Of a stretch of DNA of 64,000 nt, positions 18,605 to 28,700 are shown piece by piece. Source of the DNA: Flavobacteriales bacterium (GTDB taxonomy: Bacteria; Bacteroidota; Bacteroidia; Flavobacteriales_C; GCA-002722245); contig JAQXEE010000130.1 of the NCBI GenBank assembly GCA_029251005.1, forward strand, positions 3,328 through 67,327. The letters are read 5' to 3'. The notes below the pieces were generated by a model. The model did no database searches and was not told the DNA's origin. It saw nothing but the letters and a program-made list of their open reading frames with translations. The position numbers were made by a program, and so were the translations under genes. How positions within the stretch are numbered: the stretch's first letter is position 1; every line of letters begins with the position of its first letter.

Positions 18605-20047
18605 TCAAGTCCCACAAAAAGTTTGATAACCATTTTCGGACGAAGGAGGTTGTTGGTATTTATCTGAAGTATAATGTTCGAAAGGCGATTTTAGTTTAGT
18701 AAGTAACTTGTTAAAAGGAATCATGTTTTCGTTTTCGCTAGCTTGTGTTAGCGCTTCTTCAACTAAATGATTTCTTGGAATTATGGAAGGATTGTAATCT
18801 TCGAGGAGGTTTTCGTAATTATCTACCGAACTTACTCTTTTTAGCCATTTGGATTTCCAAGTCTGAAAATTGGAATGGTTAAAAATGGGGTCTTTATGTA
18901 AATGAGGATCAACTAATCCACGAAAAGTGTTGGTGAAATCAGGTTTAGCGGTTTCCATCCATGCGAAGAGTTCGTTTAACAAATCTTCATCTCCATCTTC
19001 TTCTTTTATAATCCCCAATTTAGCAAGATGATTTATTTTCCAAATGGTTTGAAAGTTTTTATCAAATTGATTAAATTCTTTTTGTGCGAGTTCCAACGAT
19101 TTTTTTTCATCGGAATGAATGAGTGGTAACATCGTTTCGGCTAATCGCATTAAATTCCACTTTGCAATTTTGGATTGATTGCTATATGCATAACGTCCTT
19201 GTTCATCGATAGAACTATAGACAGTGCCTGGATTAAAATGATTCATGAAAGCGCATGGACCATAATCGATTGTTTCACCTGCAATACTCATGTTGTCGGT
19301 ATTCATCACACCGTGAATAAATCCAACTTTCAACCAATCGTTTACCAATTTTATTTGTGATTGGATCACTTCCTGTAAAAAACTCAATGCAGGATTTTCG
19401 GTGTCGAATACATCAGGGTAATGCCTATTAGCAGTATAGTTAAATAATGTTTCAACAAAAACGGGATTTCCCATTCTTACTGCTAGTTCAAAAGTTCCCA
19501 CTCGAATATGACTTTCAGCAACTCGGGTAAGAACGCCCGTTTGATGAACAGTTTGCCGGTAAACAGGATCGTCACTTCTAACAATAGCTAAACTTCTTGT
19601 TGTGCTGATGTTTAATCCTGCCATTGCTTCGCTAATTAAATATTCACGCAACATGGAGTATAGAGTCGATCTTCCATCCCCTCTTCGGGAGTAAGGCGTT
19701 TGTCCGCTCCCTTTAAGTTGTATGTCAAAACGCTCTTCATACGGGGTTATTATTTCTCCAATTAATATTGCTCTACCGTCACCCAGTACGTTAAAATGTC
19801 CGAATTGATGACCGCCATATGCTTGCGCAATAGAGGTGGTAGATTTCGGTACATGATTTCCGGCTAAAACATCTGTCAAGTATGCTTTGTCTTTTGCTAG
19901 CTCGGTTAGCCCTAATTGTTTTCCTAAACTATTGTTGTAAAGTAATAATTTAGGATTAGATATTGCTGTTGGACTCGTTTCTGAAAAAAACACAGAAGGA
20001 AGAGAAAGGTAAGAATTGTCGAATTTCCAGGTTGAATCTTGTGCCAT
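18605..20047 (-). CDS. selO: protein adenylyltransferase SelO (YdiU/UPF0061)
   Basis: 480 aa; ...HGVMNTDNMSIAGETIDYGPCAF... conserved SelO active-site region. Confidence 0.85.
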   Translation of the reverse strand: MAQDSTWKFDNSYLSLPSVFFSETSPTAISNPKLLLYNNSLGKQLGLTELAKDKAYLTDVLAGNHVPKSTTSIAQAYGGHQFGHFNVLGDGRAILIGEIITPYEERFDIQLKGSGQTPYSRRGDGRSTLYSMLREYLISEAMAGLNISTTRSLAIVRSDDPVYRQTVHQTGVLTRVAESHIRVGTFELAVRMGNPVFVETLFNYTANRHYPDVFDTENPALSFLQEVIQSQIKLVNDWLKVGFIHGVMNTDNMSIAGETIDYGPCAFMNHFNPGTVYSSIDEQGRYAYSNQSKIAKWNLMRLAETMLPLIHSDEKKSLELAQKEFNQFDKNFQTIWKINHLAKLGIIKEEDGDEDLLNELFAWMETAKPDFTNTFRGLVDPHLHKDPIFNHSNFQTWKSKWLKRVSSVDNYENLLEDYNPSIIPRNHLVEEALTQASENENMIPFNKLLTKLKSPFEHYTSDKYQQPPSSENGYQTFCGT

Positions 20048-20299
20048 AATTGAAAGATAGAATTAAGGTTCGGTTTTCGAAATGAATACTTATTGAAATT
20101 GTCTTTTAGGGGATAGACGGTTTTGGTAGTTAGTTACGCCTAGATGACCTTTATTTAATGATGTAAAGGAGGTTAGCGCTATTTTTTTTAAAAAAGCAAT
20201 TAAATGTAAATTAGGTACGTCTTTAAATTGTTATTTTCTCGTTAACAACTCTTCTAGTTACTATATCGTGTAAGCCTATTTTATTTATAAATTTGCATC

Positions 20300-21370
20300 A
20301 TGTTTTTAGTACGTGTACTCTTATTGCCTTTTTCGTTTCTATACGGATTGATAACATCCGTAAGGAATGTTCTTTTTAATTCAGGCGTGTTAAAATCGCG
20401 TGAATTTCAAACGAAATCAATATCTGTAGGAAATATTACCGTTGGTGGAACTGGGAAATCTCCTCATATAGAATACTTAATCAGGCTTTTAAGAGCAGAT
20501 AAAAAATTAGCTACATTAAGTAGGGGATATTTACGAAAGACAAAAGGTTATTTAGTTGCCGATGAGAAATCGAGTTATAAGGATTTAGGAGATGAGCCGA
20601 TGCAGTTTCATTCCAAATTCAAAGACGTAACCGTTGTGGTTGATGAAGATCGTCGGAATGGGATGGAGAAAATCGAACAAGAAATTAATCCTGATATTAT
20701 TTTATTGGATGATTGTTACCAGCATCGTTGGGTTAAACCTCAATTGAATATTTTATTAATTGATTATTCAACGGTTGGGTCAAAGCAATTTATGTTGCCA
20801 TCTGGAGAGTTAAGAGAATGGAAATCGGGTGTTAAAAGAGCTGATGCAATTGTTGTGACTAAATCTCCAGAGTTACATTCACCAATTGAACATCGTAGGA
20901 TTAAGGAATTGATAAAGCCCTTAAGGTCACAAAAAACGTTTTTTAGCTACATCGATTACAAATCGATTACTCCTTTTAACGAATGTGCAAACTTACTTTG
21001 TAATGAAGGTGTTATGAAACTAGAAAATTTTAAAACAGTTGTTTTTGCAGGAATAGCGAAGATTACACCTTTGGTGGATTATTTAAAGCAAACAGCCAAA
21101 GAGGTTATTGTAACTGAATTTAGTGACCATCACAATTTTGAACCTGTTGATATTGTAAGATTAACGAACACTTTTAAAGCGATTATTTCGAAAGACAAAA
21201 TTTTAATTACAACAGAGAAAGATGCAACGCGATTAAAGGATTCAAGACTTTTTCCGCTTTTGGAGCAATTTCCTGTTTTTTATTTACCCATAGAAGTTAA
21301 ATTTCATAAAGGTCTTGAAGATGAAGATACTTTTGATGAAATGATTAATAGTTATGTTCAAGCAAATTAA
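20300..21370 (+). CDS. lpxK: tetraacyldisaccharide 4'-kinase
   Basis: GNITVGGTGKSP P-loop and the overall LpxK layout. Confidence 0.8.
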   Translation: MFLVRVLLLPFSFLYGLITSVRNVLFNSGVLKSREFQTKSISVGNITVGGTGKSPHIEYLIRLLRADKKLATLSRGYLRKTKGYLVADEKSSYKDLGDEPMQFHSKFKDVTVVVDEDRRNGMEKIEQEINPDIILLDDCYQHRWVKPQLNILLIDYSTVGSKQFMLPSGELREWKSGVKRADAIVVTKSPELHSPIEHRRIKELIKPLRSQKTFFSYIDYKSITPFNECANLLCNEGVMKLENFKTVVFAGIAKITPLVDYLKQTAKEVIVTEFSDHHNFEPVDIVRLTNTFKAIISKDKILITTEKDATRLKDSRLFPLLEQFPVFYLPIEVKFHKGLEDEDTFDEMINSYVQAN

Positions 21371-22166
21371 AGAGACTTCTGATTTCTTAATTGATAAAAC
21401 AGTTGATTTCAAACCTCAAATTGGTATAATACTAGGAACTGGGTTAGGAGGTTTAGTATCTGATATAGATGTTAAATTCGAATTGAGTTATGCCGATATA
21501 CCTGCATTTCCACTTTCGACCCTAGAATCGCATAAGGGAAATTTAATATTTGGTTACATCAACAATAAGCGTGTTGTAGTAATGCAAGGGAGATTTCATC
21601 ACTATGAGGGATATACTTTAAATGAAGTTGCTTTTCCTGTGCGTGTGATGAAGTTATTAGGGATTGAAAAACTTTTAGTGTCTAACGCTGCTGGTGGTAT
21701 GAATCCTGATTTTGAGAAAGGTGATTTAATGATTTTAACCGATCATATTAATCAGTTTCCAGGAAATCCCTTGATAGGGAAAAATATCGATGAATTAGGA
21801 AGTCGATTCCCTGATATGTATCAGCCTTATTCTAAAAAATACGTTGCACTTGCAAAAAAAGTGGCAAAGGATTTAGGCATTAAAATACAAGAAGGAGTTT
21901 ATGTTGGTCTTCCAGGTCCAATGTTAGAAACTCCCGCGGAATACAAGTTTTTAAGAATAATTGGCGCTGACGCTGTAGGTATGAGCACTGTTCCTGAGAT
22001 TATAGCTGCGAAACATATGGAATTGTCTTGTTTTGCTTGTTCGATTATCACGGATGTATGTTACGGTGAGATTCAACCTGTAGATATTCAGGATATTATA
22101 TCAACAGCTATGAACTCCGAGCCCAAATTAACTGCATTATTTAAAGAATTAATTAATAGAATATGA
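21354..22166 (+). CDS. purine nucleoside phosphorylase (PNP/MTAP family)
   Basis: 270 aa; ...GADAVGMSTVPE... conserved PNP-I motif. Confidence 0.8.
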   Translation: MFKQIKETSDFLIDKTVDFKPQIGIILGTGLGGLVSDIDVKFELSYADIPAFPLSTLESHKGNLIFGYINNKRVVVMQGRFHHYEGYTLNEVAFPVRVMKLLGIEKLLVSNAAGGMNPDFEKGDLMILTDHINQFPGNPLIGKNIDELGSRFPDMYQPYSKKYVALAKKVAKDLGIKIQEGVYVGLPGPMLETPAEYKFLRIIGADAVGMSTVPEIIAAKHMELSCFACSIITDVCYGEIQPVDIQDIISTAMNSEPKLTALFKELINRI

Positions 22167-23317
22167 GCATGAAAAATCTAACCAAATTATTATTAGTTTT
22201 AACCATATTTGGATTTTCAAGTTGTGAAGAATCGAAAGGTTTTAAAGAAGGGAATATTACAGTCTTTGTAAAATTGGATGAAATTTCCAAAGGAACAGCT
22301 GTTTTAGAAGTATTACCATCAGGGCCTAAAAGATTACAATTAGATACTGCCAAAATTGATGAAAATGGAGTTGTTTCATTTGCACATTGGGCTAGTAAAA
22401 CGGCATTTTATAGTGTATATATTCCTGGTTATGAGGGAGAAATTAAGTTCATGGCAAACCCTGGAGATAGTATCGAAATTTCAGGAAATGTTAATGCGCT
22501 TTATGCAACGTGTAAAATAGGTGGCACACCGGAGAACGAAAGATTAGATTCATTAGTGACTTTCCTTAAAGCAACTAAGTATTATACGGATTCATTACAA
22601 CGTGTTTTTAAAGCTGCAAAAGCAAAACAATTACACCATACTTTGATGAATGAGTTTCAGCAATTATATGAGAATGTAAAGCGTAAAGAAGAGACTTTTG
22701 TTAATGGTTATATTAGGCGTAATTTAGGACAGTACTCTAATTTAATTGCAGTAAACTCTTTAAATAAAGATCGTCATAAAACAACTTATTTATTGGTTGA
22801 TAGTGCATTGCTGAAAAACCACCCAAACAATCAAGTAGTATTGAGATATCATGAAGTTGTTGCTCAGGTGTTTGCTTCTTCAGTTGGTGGAATGGCTCCT
22901 GATTTTAGTTTGTTGAATTTGGGAAATAAACAAGTGCGCCTTTCAGACTTTAAAGGTAAATACGTACTTCTGGATTTCTGGGCAACATGGTGTGGTCCAT
23001 GTATAAAAGAAATCCCCAATTTGGTTAATGTCAAAGAAGAATTTAAAGATCAACCATTCGAAATTATAAGTATTTGTATTGATAAAAACTCTAAATCTTC
23101 TGTTAAAAGCTGGCAACGAATTATTGAGAAATTTAACGGTGATAGTTGGGTTCAATTATACGATACGGAAGGAAAAGAAACAAGAAGAAAATATAACATT
23201 CAACATTTCCCCACTTTGTTATTAATTGATCCATCTGGAGAAATTGTGGAAGCGGGGAATCACTTAAGAGGTGAAAATATTTCTCACGTTGTTAAAGGCT
23301 ATCTAGGGAATGAATAA
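22163..23317 (+). CDS. TlpA/ResA-like thiol:disulfide oxidoreductase lipoprotein
   Basis: Lipoprotein signal ...FGFSSC; thioredoxin motif WATWCGPC. Confidence 0.7.
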   Translation: MSMKNLTKLLLVLTIFGFSSCEESKGFKEGNITVFVKLDEISKGTAVLEVLPSGPKRLQLDTAKIDENGVVSFAHWASKTAFYSVYIPGYEGEIKFMANPGDSIEISGNVNALYATCKIGGTPENERLDSLVTFLKATKYYTDSLQRVFKAAKAKQLHHTLMNEFQQLYENVKRKEETFVNGYIRRNLGQYSNLIAVNSLNKDRHKTTYLLVDSALLKNHPNNQVVLRYHEVVAQVFASSVGGMAPDFSLLNLGNKQVRLSDFKGKYVLLDFWATWCGPCIKEIPNLVNVKEEFKDQPFEIISICIDKNSKSSVKSWQRIIEKFNGDSWVQLYDTEGKETRRKYNIQHFPTLLLIDPSGEIVEAGNHLRGENISHVVKGYLGNE

Positions 23318-26219
23318 AGTTTGGTCAGTTGCATTTTTGCTAAGTTGTTTAGTCTTGAATTTAAAGGCTTATTATCAGCAAGAAGTCAAATACGATATTA
23401 AAGTTTTCTTAGATGACCAAGAGCACACGCTTCATGCATTTGAAGAGGTTATTTACATTAATAATTCACCTGATACTTTAAATGAGATTTACATGCATCT
23501 TTGGCCTAATGCCTATCAAGCGAATACTGCTTTAGATAAGCAATTGGTTGAAGACCGAAATATGTTACTTTATTTTGGAGATCAAGCTTATAAAGGTTTC
23601 ATAGATAGCCTGGATTTTAAGGTTGATGGTAAAAAAGTAATTTCCTTAGAATCGGAGCATAAAGATTTAACACATTTCAAATTGAATGCGGGCTTGTTGC
23701 CTGGAGACTCAATAGTTATAACAACTCCATTTCGAGTTAAAATTCCTTACGGTGAGGTTTCTCGATTGGGACATTTGGATGGTTCGTATCAAATTACCCA
23801 ATGGTATCCAAAGCCTGCCGTTTATGATGGAGAATGGCACGCGATGCCTTATTTGACACAAGGAGAGTTTTTCTCAGAGTTTGGTTCGTTTAAAGTAGCG
23901 GTTTCTGTGCCTGAAAAACATGTGATTGCTGCTACTGGGAATTTGATTAGTAAATCAAATCACAATGGCATAAAAACAGAGGTTTATTCATTGGATAAGA
24001 TTCATGATTTTGCATGGTTTACTGATACGAATTGGATTGAAACGGAGAGCGAAGTTACCTTGCCTAATTCGGGACGAAAGGTAAAGACGTATTCGAAGTA
24101 TAATCCGGAAAATGCTTATATATGGGATGGGTCTGAAAAATATATTGACAGTGCATTATACTATTATAGTTTATGGATCGGAGATTATCCATACGATGTA
24201 TGTACTGCTTTAGACGGTGGCTTGACAGCCGGTGCAGGAATGGAATACCCAACGATTACAGTTTTGGGCGGTCAAGTTAATAGAAAGGAATTAGAGGAAG
24301 TAGTTTTACATGAAATAGGACACAATTGGTTTTATGGAGTTTTGGGAACAAATGAACGTGTTAATCCTTGGATGGATGAAGGTATAAATAGTTATTATGA
24401 AAGAAGGTTTTATGAAGAAGTTCGATCGGATTTAAGAATTGGTGATTTTTTTCCGATTATTCGAAAAGTTGTGAAGGATTTAACGCCAAAGCAAACGGAG
24501 TTTCACCATATGAATCATGACTTAGTGAACACGAGGAATTTAGACTTGCCAATTAATTTACCATCAAATGAATATTCTTCAATTAATTACGGAGCTATTG
24601 TTTATTCTAAGGCTGCTATTTCATTTAATTATTTGGAGAAATATTTGGGTAAAAAACTTTTCGATCAGTGTATGCAAAAATACTTTGATGTGTGGAAGTT
24701 TAAACATCCTTCCCCGGTTGATTTAAGAAAGATATTTGTTGATGAGACAGGTATGGAACTGAAGTGGTTTTTTGATGATTTACTTCAAACGAGTTACCCA
24801 GTAGATTATAAAGTACATTTTGCTGGTTATTCGTTTGATAATAAAAGTTTTGATGTTGTGGTTGCAAACGTTGGCGACATAGCATCTCCAATTGTAATAT
24901 CCGCTTTAAAAAATGGAAAGGTTGTTAAAACAGCGTGGTACGAAGGTTTCTTTGGTACGAAAAGTTTAAGTTTTCCCAAGGGAGATTATGATGAGGTAGC
25001 GATTGATTATTATCATGATATGCCGGAGTTAAACAGAAAGAATAATCGTTATATATTATTTAGTTTATTTGGACGTGTAGAGCCTTTGGAAGCAACGTTT
25101 TTTTTCAATTTTGAAAAGGATGACAAAACCCAAATTTTCTTTTTGCCAATCGCGGGTGCTAATTACCATGATAACTTCCAATTAGGAATGGCGGCTTACA
25201 ACTCATTAATCAAGGAAAAGAAATTTAGGTTTTTAGTAATGCCGCAGTTCTCTTTTGGAACTCAAAAGCTAGTAGGGTTTGGGCAAGCTGTTTATTCTTT
25301 CTATCCGGCGGAATATTTTCAAAAAGTTAACGTGAACCTATCTGTGAGGAGACAAGGATTAGGTTTTGGTGGAGCAATTGGTAAAATTCAGAAAATAGAA
25401 GCGAGCACTAACTTTATCCTTCAAAGGCCAAATGATCGTTCGAAAATCCGTTCCAGTTTTGAGGCTAAATTAAGTAACGTATCAGTTGAATTTGACCGTA
25501 GAGGTAGTAAGTTAAAAAACTACATAACGTTTGATTATAATATTGAAAACAAAAGAGCAATTAATCCCTTTGATTTTAATTCCCAACTACAAGCTTTTGA
25601 TCAAAACTGGAAATTGCAAGGAGAGTTTAACTATAGCTTAACGGTTAATAATAGACTACAATCTATCGATATTCGTGGGTTTGGAGGGTTGTTTTTACAA
25701 AGTGTAGATGTTGGAACGGAGCGTTTTCGTGTAACAGCAGGGAATGGTACATTGTTGGGTACTCCTGACTTAGAACAGTTTATTTATCATACGCATGATT
25801 ACTTATTTGATCAAGCTTTTTTGGGCAGATTCATGACTGATGCTAATTTATTAAGCAGTCAGCAAGTTTATTCAAATGACGGAGGTTTTAAAAGTGGAGT
25901 TACTCCTGGCTTGGCCAGTTCTTGGTTAGGAGGATTAAATGTAGTAATTCCATTACCCGTTAAATTTATCTCATTTTATACTGATTTTGCTATTTACGAT
26001 CGTATTTGGGACGATTTCAAAACAGGAGGTATTTCAGCGCCTTTGCTATATGATTATGGTTTGCAATTGAACTTGAAAAAAGATTATTTGGAGGTTTATT
26101 TCCCGCTAGGTTTCTCGGAAAGTATTCAAAGTAACTATGATGTAAATGGAGTGGATTCTTACATGAATAAGATCAAATTCATGTTTAATATAAACGAAAT
26201 ATATACGATCCTTCAATAA
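23310..26219 (+). CDS. secreted M1-family zinc metallopeptidase (aminopeptidase N-like) with long C-terminal extension
   Basis: HEIGHNWFYG (HEXXH) followed by WMDEG; signal peptide; 969 aa. Confidence 0.8.
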   Translation: MNKVWSVAFLLSCLVLNLKAYYQQEVKYDIKVFLDDQEHTLHAFEEVIYINNSPDTLNEIYMHLWPNAYQANTALDKQLVEDRNMLLYFGDQAYKGFIDSLDFKVDGKKVISLESEHKDLTHFKLNAGLLPGDSIVITTPFRVKIPYGEVSRLGHLDGSYQITQWYPKPAVYDGEWHAMPYLTQGEFFSEFGSFKVAVSVPEKHVIAATGNLISKSNHNGIKTEVYSLDKIHDFAWFTDTNWIETESEVTLPNSGRKVKTYSKYNPENAYIWDGSEKYIDSALYYYSLWIGDYPYDVCTALDGGLTAGAGMEYPTITVLGGQVNRKELEEVVLHEIGHNWFYGVLGTNERVNPWMDEGINSYYERRFYEEVRSDLRIGDFFPIIRKVVKDLTPKQTEFHHMNHDLVNTRNLDLPINLPSNEYSSINYGAIVYSKAAISFNYLEKYLGKKLFDQCMQKYFDVWKFKHPSPVDLRKIFVDETGMELKWFFDDLLQTSYPVDYKVHFAGYSFDNKSFDVVVANVGDIASPIVISALKNGKVVKTAWYEGFFGTKSLSFPKGDYDEVAIDYYHDMPELNRKNNRYILFSLFGRVEPLEATFFFNFEKDDKTQIFFLPIAGANYHDNFQLGMAAYNSLIKEKKFRFLVMPQFSFGTQKLVGFGQAVYSFYPAEYFQKVNVNLSVRRQGLGFGGAIGKIQKIEASTNFILQRPNDRSKIRSSFEAKLSNVSVEFDRRGSKLKNYITFDYNIENKRAINPFDFNSQLQAFDQNWKLQGEFNYSLTVNNRLQSIDIRGFGGLFLQSVDVGTERFRVTAGNGTLLGTPDLEQFIYHTHDYLFDQAFLGRFMTDANLLSSQQVYSNDGGFKSGVTPGLASSWLGGLNVVIPLPVKFISFYTDFAIYDRIWDDFKTGGISAPLLYDYGLQLNLKKDYLEVYFPLGFSESIQSNYDVNGVDSYMNKIKFMFNINEIYTILQ

Positions 26220-26977
26220 TGGAATCAGGTAAGAAAATATATTTTGCTTCAGACTTTCATTTAGGAGTTCCTAATTATGAAAGTAGTAGAAAGCGGGAGA
26301 AGATTTTAGTGGATTGGTTGGATTCTATTAAAGCTGATGCTCAGGAAGTTTATTTAGTAGGAGACTTGTTTGATTTTTGGTTTGAGTATAAATTCACTGC
26401 ACCAAAAGGTTATGTTCGATTCTTAGGGAAAATAGCAGAGTTTACAGATTCGGGAATTCCGGTTCACTTTTTTACAGGAAATCATGATATGTGGATGTTT
26501 GATTATCTACCCCAAGAAATTGGAGTAGAAATTCATCGAGATAATATTACAAGAGATTTTAATGGGAAGCGCTTTTATATCGGTCACGGTGATGGTTTAG
26601 GCCCTGGAGATAGAACGTATAAGTTTTTAAAAAACTTTTTTGCTTCAAAAACTTGTCAATGGTTGTTTGCCCGTATTCATCCTAATTTAGGAATGGGCAT
26701 CGCAAATATGTGGAGTAAGAACTCCCGAATTTCAAATATAAAAGATGGTGAAGAGTTTTTAGGAGATGAAAATGAATGGTTATATATATATAGTAAAGAG
26801 ATATTAGAGAGAGAATATTTTGATTTTTTTATCTTTGGTCATCGGCATTTAGTATTGGACCTACCGATAAAAGGAACAACATCTCGATATGTAAATTTAG
26901 GGGAATGGGCAACAGGAAACCCTCACTTTGCTTCTTTTGATGGGGAAAGCTTAACTTTACAATCGGTAAAAAAATAA
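26219..26977 (+). CDS. lpxH: UDP-2,3-diacylglucosamine hydrolase LpxH-like metallophosphoesterase
   Basis: YFASDFHLG...GDLFDFWFEY...GNHD calcineurin-like motifs typical of LpxH. Confidence 0.7.
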   Translation: MESGKKIYFASDFHLGVPNYESSRKREKILVDWLDSIKADAQEVYLVGDLFDFWFEYKFTAPKGYVRFLGKIAEFTDSGIPVHFFTGNHDMWMFDYLPQEIGVEIHRDNITRDFNGKRFYIGHGDGLGPGDRTYKFLKNFFASKTCQWLFARIHPNLGMGIANMWSKNSRISNIKDGEEFLGDENEWLYIYSKEILEREYFDFFIFGHRHLVLDLPIKGTTSRYVNLGEWATGNPHFASFDGESLTLQSVKK

Positions 26978-26982
26978 CAACT

Positions 26983-27726
26983 GTGGAATTAGAAGAAAAA
27001 TCAGATTTAGTTTTTGGAATTCATCCAGTAATCGAGGGATTAGAGTCGGATAAGACTTTTGATAAAATTCTTATCTTAAATACTTTGAGAACACCTCAAG
27101 CAAAAGAAATTATGGCTTTGGCTCGAGAGAAGGGAGTTTCTTTAAATAAAGTTCCCCAGCAAAAGTTAGATCGTATTACTCGAAAAAATCATCAGGGCAT
27201 AATCGGTTTTATTGCGCCTGTCGAATTTCAAAACATTGAAGATCTTTTACCAACGCTTTTTGAGCGAGGTAGAAATCCATTTATATTAATTCTTGATCGT
27301 GTTTCCGATGTAAGAAATTTTGGTGCTATTGTAAGAACTGCAGAATGTGCTGGAGTTGATGCGATAATTATCCCAAAGAAAGGAGCTGCTCAAATTAATG
27401 GTGAGACAATAAAAACGTCTACCGGAGCAATTTTTAATATTCCAATATGTAAAGTGCCAGGAATAGAATCTATTATACCATATATTAAAGATTCGGGCCT
27501 TCATTTGATTGCTTGTACTGAAAAGACGGATGTTGATTATACCGAAGTTGATTATACAGTTCCTATAGCAATTATGATGGGTGGAGAAGAATCAGGGATA
27601 GCAATTTCAAACATTAAAAAATCAGATTCAACTGCAAGGTTGCCTCTAATGGGTAAAATACAAAGTCTAAATGTATCGGTTGCCGCAGGAATTATTATGT
27701 ATGAAGCTGTTCGTCAGAGAGGGTAA
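26983..27726 (+). CDS. SpoU/TrmH-family RNA 2'-O-methyltransferase (RlmB-like)
   Basis: N-terminal substrate-binding domain plus C-terminal SPOUT motifs (ILDRVSDVRNFGAIVRTA..., MGGEESG..., SLNVSVAAGI). Confidence 0.75.
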   Translation: MELEEKSDLVFGIHPVIEGLESDKTFDKILILNTLRTPQAKEIMALAREKGVSLNKVPQQKLDRITRKNHQGIIGFIAPVEFQNIEDLLPTLFERGRNPFILILDRVSDVRNFGAIVRTAECAGVDAIIIPKKGAAQINGETIKTSTGAIFNIPICKVPGIESIIPYIKDSGLHLIACTEKTDVDYTEVDYTVPIAIMMGGEESGIAISNIKKSDSTARLPLMGKIQSLNVSVAAGIIMYEAVRQRG

Positions 27727-27884
27727 TTTCTCTTTCTCTTTACTTTCCAGTTATTTAGTGGTATCTTTGTTGTCGATTAGGTTAAATCACCAGTTGTCAA
27801 GAGTTTTATTTCGAATTTTCTTTGATTGATTCTTGTGATTGGAAGTTATAGTTAATTAGATTACAATTATTATTTAGAACATTT

Positions 27885-28337
27885 ATGGGTAGGTCACAAG
27901 AAACATTTGGTAAAAAAGAAAGAGAGAAAAAAAGACTTAAAAAGAAGCAGGAGAAGGGGCAGCGTAAGGAACAAAGAAAAGCAAATGCAACTGGAGGGGA
28001 TTTTGAAAGTATGCTTGCCTATGTTGATGAGAACGGTCATATAGTTGATACCCCACCGGATCCATCAAAACGAACTAAAATTAAAGCTGAAAACATTAGC
28101 TTAGACTATTCTAAAGCTGCTAACGAAGTAGATGAGGAGACTGAGTTAACAGGTAAGGTTTCATTTTTTAACGATTCGAAAGGATACGGATTTATTAAGG
28201 ATAAGAATTCTAACGAATCATATTTTGTTCATGTTAACGGTACGATTGATGAAATTACAGAAGGAGATAAAGTTACTTTTGAACTAGAGAAAGGTCCTAG
28301 AGGATTTAATGCTGTTAAAGTAAAAAAGATACCATAA
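27885..28337 (+). CDS. cold-shock domain protein with about 90-aa Lys/Arg-rich N-terminal extension
   Basis: C-terminal GKVSFFNDSKGYGFIKD...YFVHV is a CspA-type CSD; the N-terminus KKEREKKRLKKKQEKGQRKEQRK is highly basic. Confidence 0.7.
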   Translation: MGRSQETFGKKEREKKRLKKKQEKGQRKEQRKANATGGDFESMLAYVDENGHIVDTPPDPSKRTKIKAENISLDYSKAANEVDEETELTGKVSFFNDSKGYGFIKDKNSNESYFVHVNGTIDEITEGDKVTFELEKGPRGFNAVKVKKIP

Positions 28338-28359
28338 GACGAACTTTTTATTCGAAATT

Positions 28360-28391
28360 AAAAAGGGTTGCTGTACAGCAACCCTTTTTTT
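28360..28391. terminator. bidirectional rho-independent terminator
   Basis: aaaaaGGGTTGCTGtaCAGCAACCCttttttt. Confidence 0.65.
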
Positions 28392-28602
28392 ATTCATCTT
28401 TTTTAGGAGGATTGTAGGTTCTAGTCCTACTCTTTGATTTCTTTTTTTCCTTTTCGGGTTTTGACTGCTTCTTTTCTTTTTTCTTTTTTCCTTCTTGTTG
28501 AGAGGGATCATTGTTGCTAATTTCATTTACGCGAATCATGAAAGAAAACGAAATTCCAATTGCAAGAATGAAAAGAGTGAAAAATTGTTTGAACTGCTTC
28601 AT
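28390..28602 (-). CDS. small (70 aa) membrane-anchored Lys-rich protein, hypothetical
   Basis: N-terminal TM FFTLFILAIGISFSFMI then a KKKKEKKQSKPEKEKKK tail; the ORF ends exactly at the shared terminator. Confidence 0.3.
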   Translation of the reverse strand: MKQFKQFFTLFILAIGISFSFMIRVNEISNNDPSQQEGKKKKEKKQSKPEKEKKKSKSRTRTYNPPKKDE

Positions 28603-28700
28603 TATTAAATCAACTGTTTATTTGTATTTTTGCGCTTTGTAATCCGAAATTAAAGATTGGATTTAAAACGCTCTAAAGTAGCAAAAATTATTCCAAAGGT

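Noticed and set aside
18605-20047. SelO as a third component of the NUDIX-helicase module
   Set aside because: SelO is a widely conserved stand-alone AMPylase. It is on the same strand, with a 25-58 nt gap to the NUDIX gene (depending on which NUDIX start is used), so co-transcription is possible. Without comparative synteny I cannot support functional linkage. Mentioned only as context.
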